Positions 38,786 through 49,666 of a stretch of DNA of 64,000 bases are shown piece after piece. The stretch's first letter is position 1. Each line of letters begins with the position of its first letter. The notes beneath the pieces are model-generated. The model was not told where the DNA came from. It worked only from the letters and a program-made list of their open reading frames with translations, and ran no database searches. A program made the translations under genes and the position numbers. This stretch comes from Candidatus Multivoradales bacterium. Lineage in GTDB: Bacteria; Acidobacteriota; Thermoanaerobaculia; Multivoradales; J023. The stretch is from assembly GCA_965248925.1 (NCBI GenBank), contig CBDFLE010000006.1, forward strand, positions 4,160,001 to 4,224,000, given 5' to 3'.

Positions 38786-40127
38786 TACGGCACGAGCCGC
38801 CGAAGACTTACTTTTGGGGCCTGGGGACCGGGTGGCCTTCGAGCCCGCGGAGCCTGGCGCGCAGGTCGAAGCGGCCATTGACGGCGGCCCTCTGCGGCCG
38901 GTGGATGGAATGCTCGACGTGCCTGGCGAGGGTGATCATTGGTTGGCGGTAGCTAGCCGCGACCGGGCGGGCAATCTGTCGCCGGTGCGCTGGCTTCGGC
39001 TGCGGGTGGACGCTCAGCCACCGGTCGTAGAGCTGGTTACCGAGCCACTGCCGATTGAGGCGGCGGGCAAGCTTTGGGTGCCGCCCGGTAGCCGTGCGGT
39101 TGCCCGCGCAGTCGATGCCCAAGCCGGCTTGGGCAGCTTAGAGTTGCGGGTCGGCAATCAGCGGTTCGAGGCTTCGCGGGGTGAGCTGGTTGGCGCGCTG
39201 CCGCTGGCTGGCGAAGTGCGGCTGCGAGCGTGGGCCAGCGATGCGGTGGACAACGACAGTGCTGCCGTAGAGCTGGTGGTGGAAGTAGATTCGGTGGCGC
39301 CAGCGGCAGAGATTCGGCTGCTTGGAGCAGTGATAGAGGTGGCCGAGGGCTGGGTCGTTGGCCCGCAGGCGAGTTTGGCAGCCACCGTGTCGGACGCAGA
39401 CAGTGGAGTCGATCGCTGGACGCCGCGACTCGAGGGTAACGAGGTCGACGCGCAGCGCTGGCAAGGACCTTGGCAAGCTGGCTCCTACCTCGCCGACTTG
39501 GAGGCGGTCGATCGGGTAGGCAATCGGGCGGTGGTTGGCGGCTTGTCTTTTCGCGTCGACGACGCCGGTCCGATGATCACTTGGCAAGTGCTCGATGACG
39601 GCGTTGAGGTCGATGGAGAATTTTTCTATGGTGGCCCAGTTCAGGTACAGGTCGCAGCGACGGATGACTTAGCCGGTGTCGCTAGCCTCGAGTGGATTTT
39701 GCCCTCAGAAAGCGCCCAGCCGGTGCGCGGGTTGATCGCGACCGATGCCGAGCAGATGCAGTTGCGCGCGGTCGATCGAGTAGGCAACAGTAGCCTGATT
39801 GAAGCGAACTGGCATATCGATACCGTGGGCCCGGAGTTGGCGATCCGTGATCCCGAAGGGCAAGCCGTGGCCCCCGGCGGCAGACTCGAGATCAGGCTGG
39901 GGCAGCAGCTGCGGCTGGAGGCTCGCGATGCCGGTTGCGGGGTCGCCGAGGTGATCTATCGATATGGTCTGGTGGGTCCGCGGCGGTCCATGCCGCAGCA
40001 GTTGGAGTTTCGCCATCCGGGCCGCTTCTGGCTCCGCCTGGTAGCGGTCGATCGGTTGGGCAATACTTCGCGAGGGAATTGGATTATCGTCGTCCGGCGG
40101 CCGCAAGCGGCAGGAGGCCAACGATGA
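38715..40127 (+). CDS. Secreted protein with tandem Ig-like repeats
   Basis: Signal peptide; repeated A.D.(A/V)GN...VD..(P/G)P units. Confidence 0.75.
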   Translation: MLPTRLRWSRTLPFILLCCTVSVSTARAAEDLLLGPGDRVAFEPAEPGAQVEAAIDGGPLRPVDGMLDVPGEGDHWLAVASRDRAGNLSPVRWLRLRVDAQPPVVELVTEPLPIEAAGKLWVPPGSRAVARAVDAQAGLGSLELRVGNQRFEASRGELVGALPLAGEVRLRAWASDAVDNDSAAVELVVEVDSVAPAAEIRLLGAVIEVAEGWVVGPQASLAATVSDADSGVDRWTPRLEGNEVDAQRWQGPWQAGSYLADLEAVDRVGNRAVVGGLSFRVDDAGPMITWQVLDDGVEVDGEFFYGGPVQVQVAATDDLAGVASLEWILPSESAQPVRGLIATDAEQMQLRAVDRVGNSSLIEANWHIDTVGPELAIRDPEGQAVAPGGRLEIRLGQQLRLEARDAGCGVAEVIYRYGLVGPRRSMPQQLEFRHPGRFWLRLVAVDRLGNTSRGNWIIVVRRPQAAGGQR

Positions 40128-41551
40128 CCAGGCGTGGCAGCCGACTGGGAGCAATGGTCTGGTGCGGACTGTGGGCGCTGATGGGTGGCGTCGCGCAAGG
40201 GGATGGCGGTGCTGATGCGAGCCAAGATACGGTGGGCGAGCATTTGGTCCAGCCAGGTGACACCCTGCGGTCGATCACCCGCCGCTATCTCGGCACCGAG
40301 AAATTGTGGCGCGACAATTGGCGCCTCAACCCGCAACTGCGGGACCCTCACGTTCTGCGGGTAGGACAGAGGCTCAAGGTGATCCTCAGCCGCGAGCTAC
40401 CGGCCCGTGGCGCGGTGGTCGAGACCGTCGCCAACCGGGTCGACAAGAATCAACAGCGGCGGGGCTGGCAAGACGCGGCACAGGGCGATGGTCTCAAGCC
40501 TCGCGATGGGGTTCGCACCTTGTCCCAGAGTTCGGCTGGGCTGCGTTTTGATGACGATACCAAGCTGACCCTGAGCGAATACTCGCAAGTTTTCCTGAAA
40601 GACATCTCGACCTCTCTGGCTGGCGTCAAGCAAGGCTCGATAGAGGTCGAGAGAGGGCAGGTAGACCTGGTCTTGATCGCTCCACGGCCAGATCTGAGCG
40701 AGATCGAAATCATTGTTGGCGCTACCGTCAGCCGGCCCCGGTCGGGGGGTGATGGGAAGGGCGAGACCCGTGCTCGCATGCCACCGGAAGGTGGCTCGCA
40801 ATTGATGGTCTACAGCGGTTCGAGTCGAGTAGAGGCTGGTGGCCAGGCGGTGGAGGTTGCGCGCGGCATGGGCACCTCGGTGCCCGAGGGCGGCACGCCG
40901 AGCCCGCCGGAACGTCTGCTGCCGCGTCCGGCTTTGCGCCAGCCTGGAAACGAAGAAAAGTTTGACTATTCCAACCCGACTTTCGCCTGGCGACCGGTAC
41001 GCGGAGCTAGCTCTTACACCCTCGAGGTGTGTCGGGACGCGACTTGCGACCAGCTGGTGGCGCGGGCGACGGAGATTGTAGCGCTCGAGTGGTCAGCGCC
41101 CGAGCTGCCGATCGGTGAACTCTTTTTTCGCCTCACGGCGGTCAGTGCCTCAGGTCTCGATGGCTATCCCAGCGCTACCCGGCGGTTTCACATCGAGCGG
41201 GCCCGTCCGGACCTGGAGCCACCGTGGGTGGTCGTAACGCGGGTCGGTGGCGGCTTTTTTCGCGCTATCCGCGGTACCACGGTGCTGGTGCTGAGTGTCG
41301 ACGCCCGTCTGCGTTTGCATGCTCACGACGATGCTTCGGGGACCGAGCAGGTCAGCTTCCGCTGGGACGATGGCGAGTGGCAGATCTGGCAAGGCGAGGA
41401 CTTGCAACCGCCAGCCGGTGCCGGCGAACACCAGTTGGAGGTGCTCGCCAGCGATCGCTTGGGACACCAAGGAGCCCCCTGGACCACGCTGGTGGAGGTC
41501 GATGGCGGGGCTCCGGGAGAGGCCCGCGCCGGGCGTCAGCCGGGGCGTTGA
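40124..41551 (+). CDS. LysM + FecR + Fn3/Ig-like protein
   Basis: HLVQPGDTLRSI...NPQLRDPHVLRVGQ (LysM); DGVRT..S.A.L.F.D.T (FecR); ATGA overlap with upstream gene. Confidence 0.82.
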   Translation: MTRRGSRLGAMVWCGLWALMGGVAQGDGGADASQDTVGEHLVQPGDTLRSITRRYLGTEKLWRDNWRLNPQLRDPHVLRVGQRLKVILSRELPARGAVVETVANRVDKNQQRRGWQDAAQGDGLKPRDGVRTLSQSSAGLRFDDDTKLTLSEYSQVFLKDISTSLAGVKQGSIEVERGQVDLVLIAPRPDLSEIEIIVGATVSRPRSGGDGKGETRARMPPEGGSQLMVYSGSSRVEAGGQAVEVARGMGTSVPEGGTPSPPERLLPRPALRQPGNEEKFDYSNPTFAWRPVRGASSYTLEVCRDATCDQLVARATEIVALEWSAPELPIGELFFRLTAVSASGLDGYPSATRRFHIERARPDLEPPWVVVTRVGGGFFRAIRGTTVLVLSVDARLRLHAHDDASGTEQVSFRWDDGEWQIWQGEDLQPPAGAGEHQLEVLASDRLGHQGAPWTTLVEVDGGAPGEARAGRQPGR

Positions 41552-41665
41552 CCGAGCGCCAGATTTCGCACCAGATCCGGTAGACTTGCCGCGGATTCCA
41601 CTGGCGACGGGTGAATGGCCAAGCGAAGCCTGGCGCCGGTTTGGCGGTTCGGAGAGGAATGATCG

Positions 41666-43021
41666 ATGGCTGACGATAGGTCCATTCGCATTCTGCTGGT
41701 CAAGGACGGCAGTCCGGTCAAGATCTTGCTCAACCACGGTTTGAGCGGTGCTGGGCCGACGGTGATCGCGGTGCGCGATGGCGAGGAAGCGGCCGAGTTG
41801 CTCGACAAACAGCGCTTCGACGTCTCCAAGCTCGACTTTGAGCTGCCCGGAATTGGCCGCATCGAGACCCGTCTTCGGCAGGCGGACGCGAGCTGCTCCG
41901 AGCTGTTGGTGGTGGTACCTGAGAGCCAACCAAGCACGGCGCGGACGATTGCCGAAGCGCTGGAGCCGGAAGGGGCCAAGACCGAGTTTCTAACCATGCC
42001 GTTGGCCACTTCGGATTTGACCGCGCTGGCCGCTGAGGCCGCGCGCCAGGCTGGCGAGCATGAGGCCGACAGCTTGCAGCCCAGTGATCCGGAGAAGATC
42101 TTCTTTGGCTCGAGCGCCAAAATGCGCGAGCTGATCACCATGATCAAGCGGGTTGCCAGGGGCACCGCTTCGGTGCTGATCCACGGTGAGACCGGCTCGG
42201 GTAAGAGCATTTTCGCGCGCGAGATCCACGCTGCTAGCCCGCGGGCCGAAGAGCGCCTAGTGGCGATCAACTGCGGCGCTTTTCAAGACCACCTGCTCGA
42301 GAGTGAGCTGTTCGGGCACGAGAAGGGCTCCTTCACCGGCGCGGTGGCTACCAAGCAGGGTTTGTTCGAAGTCGCCCATCGCGGCACCCTCTTCCTCGAC
42401 GAGATCACCGAGATGACCACCGCCATGCAGGCCAAGCTACTGCAGGTGCTCGACGAGGGCGAGCTGCGGCGGGTCGGTGGCACCAAGGTGGTGCGGGTCG
42501 ACGTGCGGATTCTTGCCGCCACCAACAAGAATCTCGAAAGCGAGGTCAAAGCGGGGCGTTTTCGCGAGGATCTGTTCTTTCGCCTCAATGTCATCCAGCT
42601 CTATGTGCCACCCTTGCGCGAGCGCCGCGACGATATTCCCGGCTTGGTGCAGTTCTTCCTCGACCGTTTTCAGCTACCGGGCTCAGCGGATCTCAAGACC
42701 ATGTCGCCCGAGGCGATGCAGCTGCTCCGGGCCTACAGCTGGCCGGGCAATGTCCGCGAGTTGGCCAACACGGTCGAAGGGTTGCTGCTGCTGGCGCCCA
42801 TGAGCATCATTCGTGGCGAAGACCTGCCGCGCAATTTGCGGCCGGTGGGCAAGCTAAGACTCGACGATGCCGAAGCGCCGCTACCACTGTCCGAGATCGA
42901 GCGCCTGCACATCATCAGCTCGATGCGCTACACCGAGGGCAAGAAGGCTCCCGCAGCGCGGCTCTTGGGGATCGACGTCAAAACTCTGACCAGCAAGATC
43001 CGCAACTACAACATCCGCTGA
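41666..43021 (+). CDS. Sigma54-dependent transcriptional activator with degenerate receiver domain
   Basis: [46 protein letters not shown]-terminal Fis HTH. Confidence 0.92.
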   Translation: MADDRSIRILLVKDGSPVKILLNHGLSGAGPTVIAVRDGEEAAELLDKQRFDVSKLDFELPGIGRIETRLRQADASCSELLVVVPESQPSTARTIAEALEPEGAKTEFLTMPLATSDLTALAAEAARQAGEHEADSLQPSDPEKIFFGSSAKMRELITMIKRVARGTASVLIHGETGSGKSIFAREIHAASPRAEERLVAINCGAFQDHLLESELFGHEKGSFTGAVATKQGLFEVAHRGTLFLDEITEMTTAMQAKLLQVLDEGELRRVGGTKVVRVDVRILAATNKNLESEVKAGRFREDLFFRLNVIQLYVPPLRERRDDIPGLVQFFLDRFQLPGSADLKTMSPEAMQLLRAYSWPGNVRELANTVEGLLLLAPMSIIRGEDLPRNLRPVGKLRLDDAEAPLPLSEIERLHIISSMRYTEGKKAPAARLLGIDVKTLTSKIRNYNIR

Positions 43022-43033
43022 GGTATCGGTGCG

Positions 43034-44491
43034 ATGGGTGAGCTGCGGCAGATCTTGAAGTTGCGCGCCGTGCTCCTGTGGCGCTGGCTGATGGAGCATG
43101 CCTTTGTCCTCTTCGTGCTGGCGCCGGTGCCCCTGGGCGGAGCCCTGTGGATAGCCTCGCGGTATCTGCCCTTGTTGCGCCAGGACCTGGCGCCGCTGCT
43201 GTTCGGCGGTGGTGGACTAATGCTGGCGGTCGTCGCTACCGCGGCGCTATTGCCCGGGGCGCTCAGCGAACTCTTTCCGCGCCGCTCCTCCGCCGATCAG
43301 CTACTAGATATTCTGCCGATTTCAGAAGCCCTGCGCTTGCACGGCGCGTTGGCGGGGATGATGGTGCGGGCGCTGCCGATCGCTCTGCTGCTGTCAGCCG
43401 GCTGCTATTGGCTAGGGGATTCGCCGCCAGGGCGCCTGGTTGGCTGGGCCGGTTGGCTGGTGCTCGTACTGTGGAGCCTGGTGCCCGGCGTGCTGCTGCT
43501 GGCACTAGGGCTAGGGGTTTGGCGCCAAGCGCGAGCTTCGTATCGTCGTTGGCTGTTGCTGAGTGCTTTGGCCGCCAGCTGGCTGTTGTGGGTCCTCGAT
43601 CGGGGCGTGGCGGGCACTCTCTTGGCCAGCCCTTGGTTGCCGGCGGCGAAGATGATCGAGAGAGTGTTCGGCGAAGTGCTCGGAGAGGCTCAGCCGCCGG
43701 TCGCGCTTTGGCCCCTTGCCTTGGTGGCGGCGGCTTCGTACCTGCTCTGTCGCCTGTTGATCGGCACCTGGCGCCGGTCTGTCCTCGACAGCGCTCGGTG
43801 GGGCGCCAAAGCCGATTTCGGTTCCCGGTTGGCGCGGGTAGCGACGGCCTTCTTGCCGGCGCCACTGAGGGTGCAGGTGCGGCGTGATCTATTGCAGGTG
43901 CTGCGCCGCTTCTCACCGGCGGTTGGCTTGGCGGTGAGCGGTTCGGCCTTGCTGCTACTCGCTGCCGGAGCGGCGCTGTCGCAAGCGGCTCTCGAGCCCT
44001 ATTTGCGCGGTCGACTGGCCTTGTTGGCGGCGGCCGCGGCGGTATTACCGATCAGTGGGCTGGCCCCGCTATTGTTAGCTCGGCAACAGCCGCGGTTCTG
44101 GATCGAGCGGGCGAGCGGAGTGGAACGTCAGCTGGTGTGGCGCGCCAAGTTGTGGTCGGCCCGGCTGCTGGCGCTGCCGGCGGTACTGGGGGGTGCCGCT
44201 TTGGTGCTGGCCAGTCAAGCGGCCGCGGGGTGGCAGTTGGCGTTGGTGGTAGGGGAGCTGGTGGTGATCGCCTGGATGCTGTCGTCGATACTTGGGGTGG
44301 CGGGTTTCGAAACCGCTGAGCAGCCCTCCGTAGGACTGGTCTTTGGTGGTTTGCTGGGACTTGCGGTAGCTAGCTTTCTGATCTTTTATCGGCCGTTCTG
44401 GATTTTGGGCGTGGCGGGCTATTTCTATGTTTTCAATATGCTGGGTGAACGCGCCACCTTGCGGGTGTGGTTCATGGAGGCCGAGCGATGA
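43034..44491 (+). CDS. Putative ABC exporter permease (multi-TM)
   Basis: Many hydrophobic segments; overlaps downstream ABC ATPase. Confidence 0.7.
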   Translation: MGELRQILKLRAVLLWRWLMEHAFVLFVLAPVPLGGALWIASRYLPLLRQDLAPLLFGGGGLMLAVVATAALLPGALSELFPRRSSADQLLDILPISEALRLHGALAGMMVRALPIALLLSAGCYWLGDSPPGRLVGWAGWLVLVLWSLVPGVLLLALGLGVWRQARASYRRWLLLSALAASWLLWVLDRGVAGTLLASPWLPAAKMIERVFGEVLGEAQPPVALWPLALVAAASYLLCRLLIGTWRRSVLDSARWGAKADFGSRLARVATAFLPAPLRVQVRRDLLQVLRRFSPAVGLAVSGSALLLLAAGAALSQAALEPYLRGRLALLAAAAAVLPISGLAPLLLARQQPRFWIERASGVERQLVWRAKLWSARLLALPAVLGGAALVLASQAAAGWQLALVVGELVVIAWMLSSILGVAGFETAEQPSVGLVFGGLLGLAVASFLIFYRPFWILGVAGYFYVFNMLGERATLRVWFMEAER

Positions 44492-45234
44492 GTGATCTCC
44501 GAGATGCTCCGGCTTTGGTGGTCGACGGGGCGGTCAAGAGCTATGGCGAGTTGTTGGCGGTCGATCGAGTTTCTTTTACCGCAGAGGGTGAGATTTTCGG
44601 CCTCTTGGGTGGCAATGGAGCCGGCAAATCGACCTTGATGAAGGCAATTCTGAATTTGCTAGTGCTGGATTCCGGCAGCATTCGAGTGGCGGGCTTGGAT
44701 AGCAAACGGCAGAGCGTCGCGGCCCGGCGCCTGATTGGTTATCTGCCGGAAGAGCCGCGGCTTTACCAGCGTCTGACCGGCAATGAGCTGCTGGCCTTCG
44801 TCGCCGGAGTGCGTGGGCTCGACAATCCTACCGAACGCCGCCAGCTGCTGGCCGAACTCGATGGCGAGCGTGCTGGCCGGCTGCCAATCGGCGAGTGCTC
44901 ACTAGGCATGCGCAAAAAGATTGGGCTGGTCTCGGCCTTGATGGGCAAGCCTCGCCTGGTGCTACTCGACGAGCCCCTGAATGGTCTCGACACCGAGAGT
45001 ATGCGGCGTCTGCGGCTGATGATCGAAGAGATGGCTCAGGCGGGGACCACCTTCGTGCTCTCGTCGCATGTGATGTCGTTTGTCGAGCGGGTCTGCCAGC
45101 GCATGGCGGTGCTGCGTCAAGGCCGGCTGGTGGCGCTGGGCGATGGAGCTGAACTGAGGCGGGTCGCTGGGCTGCCCGAAGCTCTCTTCGAAGATGTCTT
45201 CCTTAAGCTGGCGGTCGATCCGCTCGATTCCTGA
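44488..45234 (+). CDS. ABC transporter ATP-binding protein
   Basis: GGNGAGKST, SLGMRKK, LDEPLNGLD, SSH. Confidence 0.92.
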   Translation: MSDLRDAPALVVDGAVKSYGELLAVDRVSFTAEGEIFGLLGGNGAGKSTLMKAILNLLVLDSGSIRVAGLDSKRQSVAARRLIGYLPEEPRLYQRLTGNELLAFVAGVRGLDNPTERRQLLAELDGERAGRLPIGECSLGMRKKIGLVSALMGKPRLVLLDEPLNGLDTESMRRLRLMIEEMAQAGTTFVLSSHVMSFVERVCQRMAVLRQGRLVALGDGAELRRVAGLPEALFEDVFLKLAVDPLDS

Positions 45235-45280
45235 GAGTCTGAACCCAACTCCTCGGCAACGCTAAATCGGCAACCGGGGG

Positions 45281-46465
45281 TCAGAGCAGCAGCTGTAGGA
45301 TCTCAAGGTAGCTCTCTGCGGTCATTGGTCGCGGGTTGGAGTCGTTAGAGCCGTTAGCTACCGCCCGTTCGGCGATCCGCGGATAGTCGGCTGTCGGTAT
45401 CGCGAAGGCGGCGAAAGTCGGCACCGCCAAGCGGTGCAGCAGTTCGGCCAGCAGCTCGATTACCCGCTCGGCGGCTTCGCCGGTCGGCCTACCGTCGGCT
45501 GCGGCGGGGCTCAGCCAGGGCAGCACGGAAGCCAGGGCGGCATCACTGTGCGGCCGGTTGTAGCGCAGAACCGGCAACAGCAGCACCGCGTTGGCCAAGC
45601 CATGGGGTACATCGTAGAGTCCGCCGAGGGTCTCCGACAAGCAGTGGACGGCGGCGACATCGGCGTTGCCGAAGGCGATGCCGGCCAAGGTGGCACCGCG
45701 CATCACCGCTTCGCGGGCACTGTCCTGGCCATTGATGTCGGCCGCCGCCGCCTCCAGGTTGTGGAACAAGAGGGCGAGAGCTCGGCCGGCAATCGCGTCC
45801 GAGACCGGATTGGACACCCTGCAGGTGATCGCTTCGAGGGCATGGGTCATCGCATCGACCCCGGTCCAGGCCACCAGATCGGCCGGTAGGGTGCGGATCA
45901 GCTCGGCGTCGACCAATGCCTGGTCGGGAAACATGCCGTCGCCCTTGACGCTGATCTTCGACTGCTGCTGCGGATCGCTCAGCACTGATACCCAGGTGAC
46001 TTCAGAGCCGGTGCCGCAGGTGGTGGGAATGGCGATCAAGGGCAGCGGTGGGTTGGCGAAGCGATTCTTGCCGACGAAATCGCTGGCTTTGCCCGAGTTG
46101 GTGGCCAGCATGGCGGCTGCTTTGGCGGCGTCCAGCACGCTGCCGCCGCCGAGACCGACCACCGCCTGCAGGTCTTGCTCACGGATGAGCTCGGCGGCGC
46201 GCTCGGCGGTGGTGGTGCGGGGGTTGGGCTCGACGGTGTCGAATTCCACCCGCCGGAGGCCGGCCTGATCGAGCACTCGGCGGGCCTTGGCCGGCCATTC
46301 GGTGTTGGCGAGGCCGCGATCGAGCACCAATAAAGTGCTGCTGGCGCCGACTGAGCGGACCACTTCACCGAGGCGCGCTAGTGAACCTTCGGCGATGTGG
46401 ACGTGGGTAGGTAGGCGAAATCCGATCATCGTTTGCATTCTCAAGCGGGCAGACTCTCTCTGCAT
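45281..46465 (-). CDS. Iron-containing alcohol dehydrogenase
   Basis: GLGGGSVLDAAK, IPTTCGTGSE, DAMTHALE, VHCLS, PHGLAN. Confidence 0.93.
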   Translation of the reverse strand: MQRESARLRMQTMIGFRLPTHVHIAEGSLARLGEVVRSVGASSTLLVLDRGLANTEWPAKARRVLDQAGLRRVEFDTVEPNPRTTTAERAAELIREQDLQAVVGLGGGSVLDAAKAAAMLATNSGKASDFVGKNRFANPPLPLIAIPTTCGTGSEVTWVSVLSDPQQQSKISVKGDGMFPDQALVDAELIRTLPADLVAWTGVDAMTHALEAITCRVSNPVSDAIAGRALALLFHNLEAAAADINGQDSAREAVMRGATLAGIAFGNADVAAVHCLSETLGGLYDVPHGLANAVLLLPVLRYNRPHSDAALASVLPWLSPAAADGRPTGEAAERVIELLAELLHRLAVPTFAAFAIPTADYPRIAERAVANGSNDSNPRPMTAESYLEILQLLL

Positions 46466-46478
46466 CTCAGGTCAGGGG

Positions 46479-47705
46479 TTAGTTCAACGGTCGCCGGATG
46501 ACCACCAAGGTACGATCGTCTGAGGACGGTTCCCCCGCGGTCCACTGCTCCAACTCAGCGAAGACCCGTTGGACGATTTCTTGCGCCGGCAGCTGGCGGA
46601 GGTCGGCGATTCTGTCGGCCAGCCGGCAAGCGCCGAATTCTTCGCCGGCCAACAAGCTCCCCGTAGCCGCCGCGGCTTCGGTGATGCCGTCGGTGTAGAG
46701 CACTACCAGGTCTCCTTTTTCCAGGCGCACGAAACCACGTTCATAGCGAGCGTCCCGCACCGGGCCGAGCACTGGGCCACCCTGCTCGAGGGTCAACGCC
46801 TCGCCCGCCGCGGTTAGGTAGAGCGGCGCCGGGTGACCCGCGTTGACGTAGATGAAGTTGTGGTTGAGTTCGAGTTCGCCGTAGAACAAAGAAACAAAAC
46901 GGCTGCTCAGTGTACTGCCGGCGATGATCGCGTTGAGCCGTTCGATGGTGAAGACCATTTTGAAGTCACGGCCCAAGCCCATGCGCAGTCCGGTGTAGAT
47001 GTCGCGCACTTGCATCGCCGCAGGCAAGCCGTGACCGGTGACATCGGCGACCATCAAACCGAGGATCTTGTCGGAGATCGGGATGTAGTCAAAAATGTCG
47101 CCGCCAACGCTTTCCATCGCCTCGCTGTGACCGCTGATGTCGTAAGCACCGAAGGCCGGCTGAGGGTCTGGCAGCAGCGCGTTCTGCAGCCGCCGGATCT
47201 CCCGCACTGAGTCATCCAGCTGCTCTTGGCGCAGGGTTTGATTGGCGATGTGGCGGATCACACCGAGGGTGTAGAGCACGTCCCGGCGATCCCGGCCTGG
47301 CTCGATATCGAAGCCCAGCAAGTAGGATTTTCGGCCCAGTTCGACGGCGGCGAAACCGGCCGCTCCCAACCGCTGTTCGAGCTGTGGATCCAGTCGCGGG
47401 TCGCCTGGGAGCATGTAGATGTGGCCGCGCTCCAGCACCAAAGCCACCGGCGGATAGGAGCGCGGTATCCGCTGCCCGTCCTCGACCACGCCGCCGGGGA
47501 ACCTCTCCAGCAGGATGAAACCGTCGCCCTCGCGGCCGTAAAGCCGCACGCCTTGCACGCCGAGTTCATCGCGAAAGTTGGCCAAGATTTCCTCGGCCAG
47601 ACGATGGATGATGGTCTTCGGATCGTCGCGTTCGATAGCCTGCGCGATGTTCTCTACTTTGATCATCAAGCGGCGATAGTCAACCGCGGTCTTTTTTCTG
47701 CTCAA
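46479..47705 (-). CDS. PP2C/SpoIIE-family phosphatase (RsbU-like) with GAF-like N-terminus
   Basis: VGGDIFD, ADVTGHGLPAA, NAGHP, YTDGITE, DDRTLV. Confidence 0.92.
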   Translation of the reverse strand: MSRKKTAVDYRRLMIKVENIAQAIERDDPKTIIHRLAEEILANFRDELGVQGVRLYGREGDGFILLERFPGGVVEDGQRIPRSYPPVALVLERGHIYMLPGDPRLDPQLEQRLGAAGFAAVELGRKSYLLGFDIEPGRDRRDVLYTLGVIRHIANQTLRQEQLDDSVREIRRLQNALLPDPQPAFGAYDISGHSEAMESVGGDIFDYIPISDKILGLMVADVTGHGLPAAMQVRDIYTGLRMGLGRDFKMVFTIERLNAIIAGSTLSSRFVSLFYGELELNHNFIYVNAGHPAPLYLTAAGEALTLEQGGPVLGPVRDARYERGFVRLEKGDLVVLYTDGITEAAAATGSLLAGEEFGACRLADRIADLRQLPAQEIVQRVFAELEQWTAGEPSSDDRTLVVIRRPLN

Positions 47706-47943
47706 GAATGCCTCCCTGGGTGAACGGCAGCGAGCCTATCCGATCGCGCACCGGGCGGTGAGCCCGCGGCGGCAATCTTTGTCTAGACTGGCCGCAGAGC
47801 GATCCTCGGTGCGCTGTAGAGAATAGGGCTCGAAAGACCGATCACGGAGAGCAGCCATGACCTCGAGCCTCAGCCCTGAGAAGACTCGGCGAAGCGTCCT
47901 GACCCCCGCGATGATCGGCTGTAGCTTCGGCTGTGGGGTGCCC

Positions 47944-48138
47944 GCCGTGCTCAAGGGTAGCCGGTACCTCTTGCTCAAAGGACTGGACAAGCTCAAGCCC
48001 TCCTCCCTGGAGCACCTCGCCCTCCTCATGGAGTTGAGCCAGCCCCTCTACCAGGCCTATCTGCTCAAAGAGGAGCTGCGATGCTGCTGCAGCCTACCGA
48101 ACGAGGCGGCCGGCGAGGACTTCCTCGACGGTTGGACT
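47944..48138 (+). mobile_element. ISL3-family transposase internal fragment
   Basis: VLKGSRYLLLK...LMELSQPLYQAYLLKEELR...FLDGW resembles the ISL3 central region. Confidence 0.7.
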
Positions 48139-48145
48139 ACTCAGC

Positions 48146-48370
48146 GACGTCACCCTCGATTTCTTGACCAGCGACAAAAAGATGCCACAGGCCTGCAAGG
48201 ACCCGGAGAAGATCGAGCGCTGGCGATCCCTCGATGGTCTGCCCACCAGCGACCGAGACAAGATCCCCTACGTCGTCGATGGGCTGATCCGCGACGCGCG
48301 AGCTAGAACAGGCGTATAGCGCTCCCTGAGCCCAAGTACACCAAAGCCCGGCCGAGACCGGGCTTCTGCG
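48146..48370 (+). pseudogene. 3' remnant of XRE-family regulator plus downstream hairpin (copy of 56099-56323)
   Basis: Clear nucleotide similarity to 56099-56323, including AAGCCCGGCCGAGACCGGGCTT. Confidence 0.8.
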
Positions 48371-48476
48371 AATCGGCTGGTACCTATGCTGGGCGACTTG
48401 GCGAATCGGCTGGCACCTATTTAGGCGCCGACTTGGCGAATCGGCTGGCACCTATTTAGGCGCCTATTTAGGCGCC
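48368..48476. repeat. Nested repeat array upstream of the HUH transposase
   Basis: 35-bp unit GACTTGGCGAATCGGCTGGCACCTATTTAGGCGCC x2, plus a diverged partial copy and a 12-bp TATTTAGGCGCC. Confidence 0.9.
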
Positions 48477-48579
48477 TCAGAACTGAGGGAGTGCTCCGGC
48501 CGTCAGGGAGTAGAGCCGTAGATCGTCGCGCTCGAGGTCGGAGGCAAGAACCGAAGATCGTTTCGCGTCTCTGTAGAGT

Positions 48580-49521
48580 ATGGGACGAAATCTACGCTAC
48601 TTGCCGCGCTCCGGGATGCTTGTCGAAGTCACCTGCCGAACCATCCAGGGCCGCTTTCTGTTGCGACCAGGACAGGCATTGAACGAGATCTTCATTGGCT
48701 GCCTGGCCAAGGCTCGCGGTCTGTTCGCCGTCGACATTCACGCTGCCGTGGTGGTCTCCAGCCACTATCACCTTCTAGTTTCGCCAGCGGATAGCGAACA
48801 GTTGGCAAACTTCATGAGGCACCTCAACACCAACCTGTCGAAAGAGGTCGGCAGGATTCATGACTGGCCGGGCACAATTTTCAGCCGTCGCTATCGCGCG
48901 ATTCCAGTGGCCGATCAGGCAGAGATCCAGATTGCTCGACTTCGATACCTGCTGAGCCATGGTGCCAAGGAGGGAGTGGTTTACTCACCAGCGTGTTGGC
49001 CTGGAGCGAACTCGGTCGAGGCGCTTCTGACCGGCGAGCCTCTACGTGGCACCTGGTTCGACCGGAGTCGGGAATGCGCCGCCCGCCAACGGAGGGAATC
49101 TCCATCTCCGAGAGCCTTCGCCACAGAGATGGAGGTCACGCTCCAGCCGCTACCTTGTTGGCGGCATCTGCCACCAGAGGCACGGCAAGCTCGAGTGCGG
49201 AGCTTGATTGAGGAGATCGAAAAGCAGACCCTGGCCATGCACGCCGAACGCGGCACTGAGCCGATAGGTCCCCGTCGCGCTCGGAGAGTCCATCCCCACC
49301 ACCGGCCGAGTCAGGTAAGAAGGTCGCCGGCACCGCGTTTCCATGCTTGGAGCCGGCGACAGCGGCGGCGGCTGGAGAGCGCGTATGCTGAATTCGTCGC
49401 CGCGTATCGCGTTGCTGCCGAGCGCTGGCGAGCAGGTGATTGCTCTGCCAGTTTCCCCGACGGAAGTTTTCGGCCAGCGATGCCCTTTGTTCGGGCTCTG
49501 GAGTCCGTGGCGCCCGGATAG
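48580..49521 (+). mobile_element. HUH Y1 transposase, REP-associated (RAYT-like)
   Basis: VEVTCRT, HAAVVVSSHYHLLV (HUH), FSRRYRA, LRYLLSH (catalytic Tyr), WPGANS; flanked by palindromic repeats. Confidence 0.85.
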
Positions 49522-49666
49522 GCGAAGCGCCTTGATCGCCACCGGGGTCATCGCCAGGCCAGGAAGTTTTCTGAGGACCACCGAGTGGGTGGTCGGTGCC
49601 AACGGCTTTTCGGAAAGTACCCGTAGGGGTGATTTTGGGTCTCTCGGAGCGGGAACCAGAGATTCC

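Noticed and set aside
48368-48476. Mini-CRISPR (35-bp repeats)
   Set aside because: Repeats are directly adjacent with no spacers.
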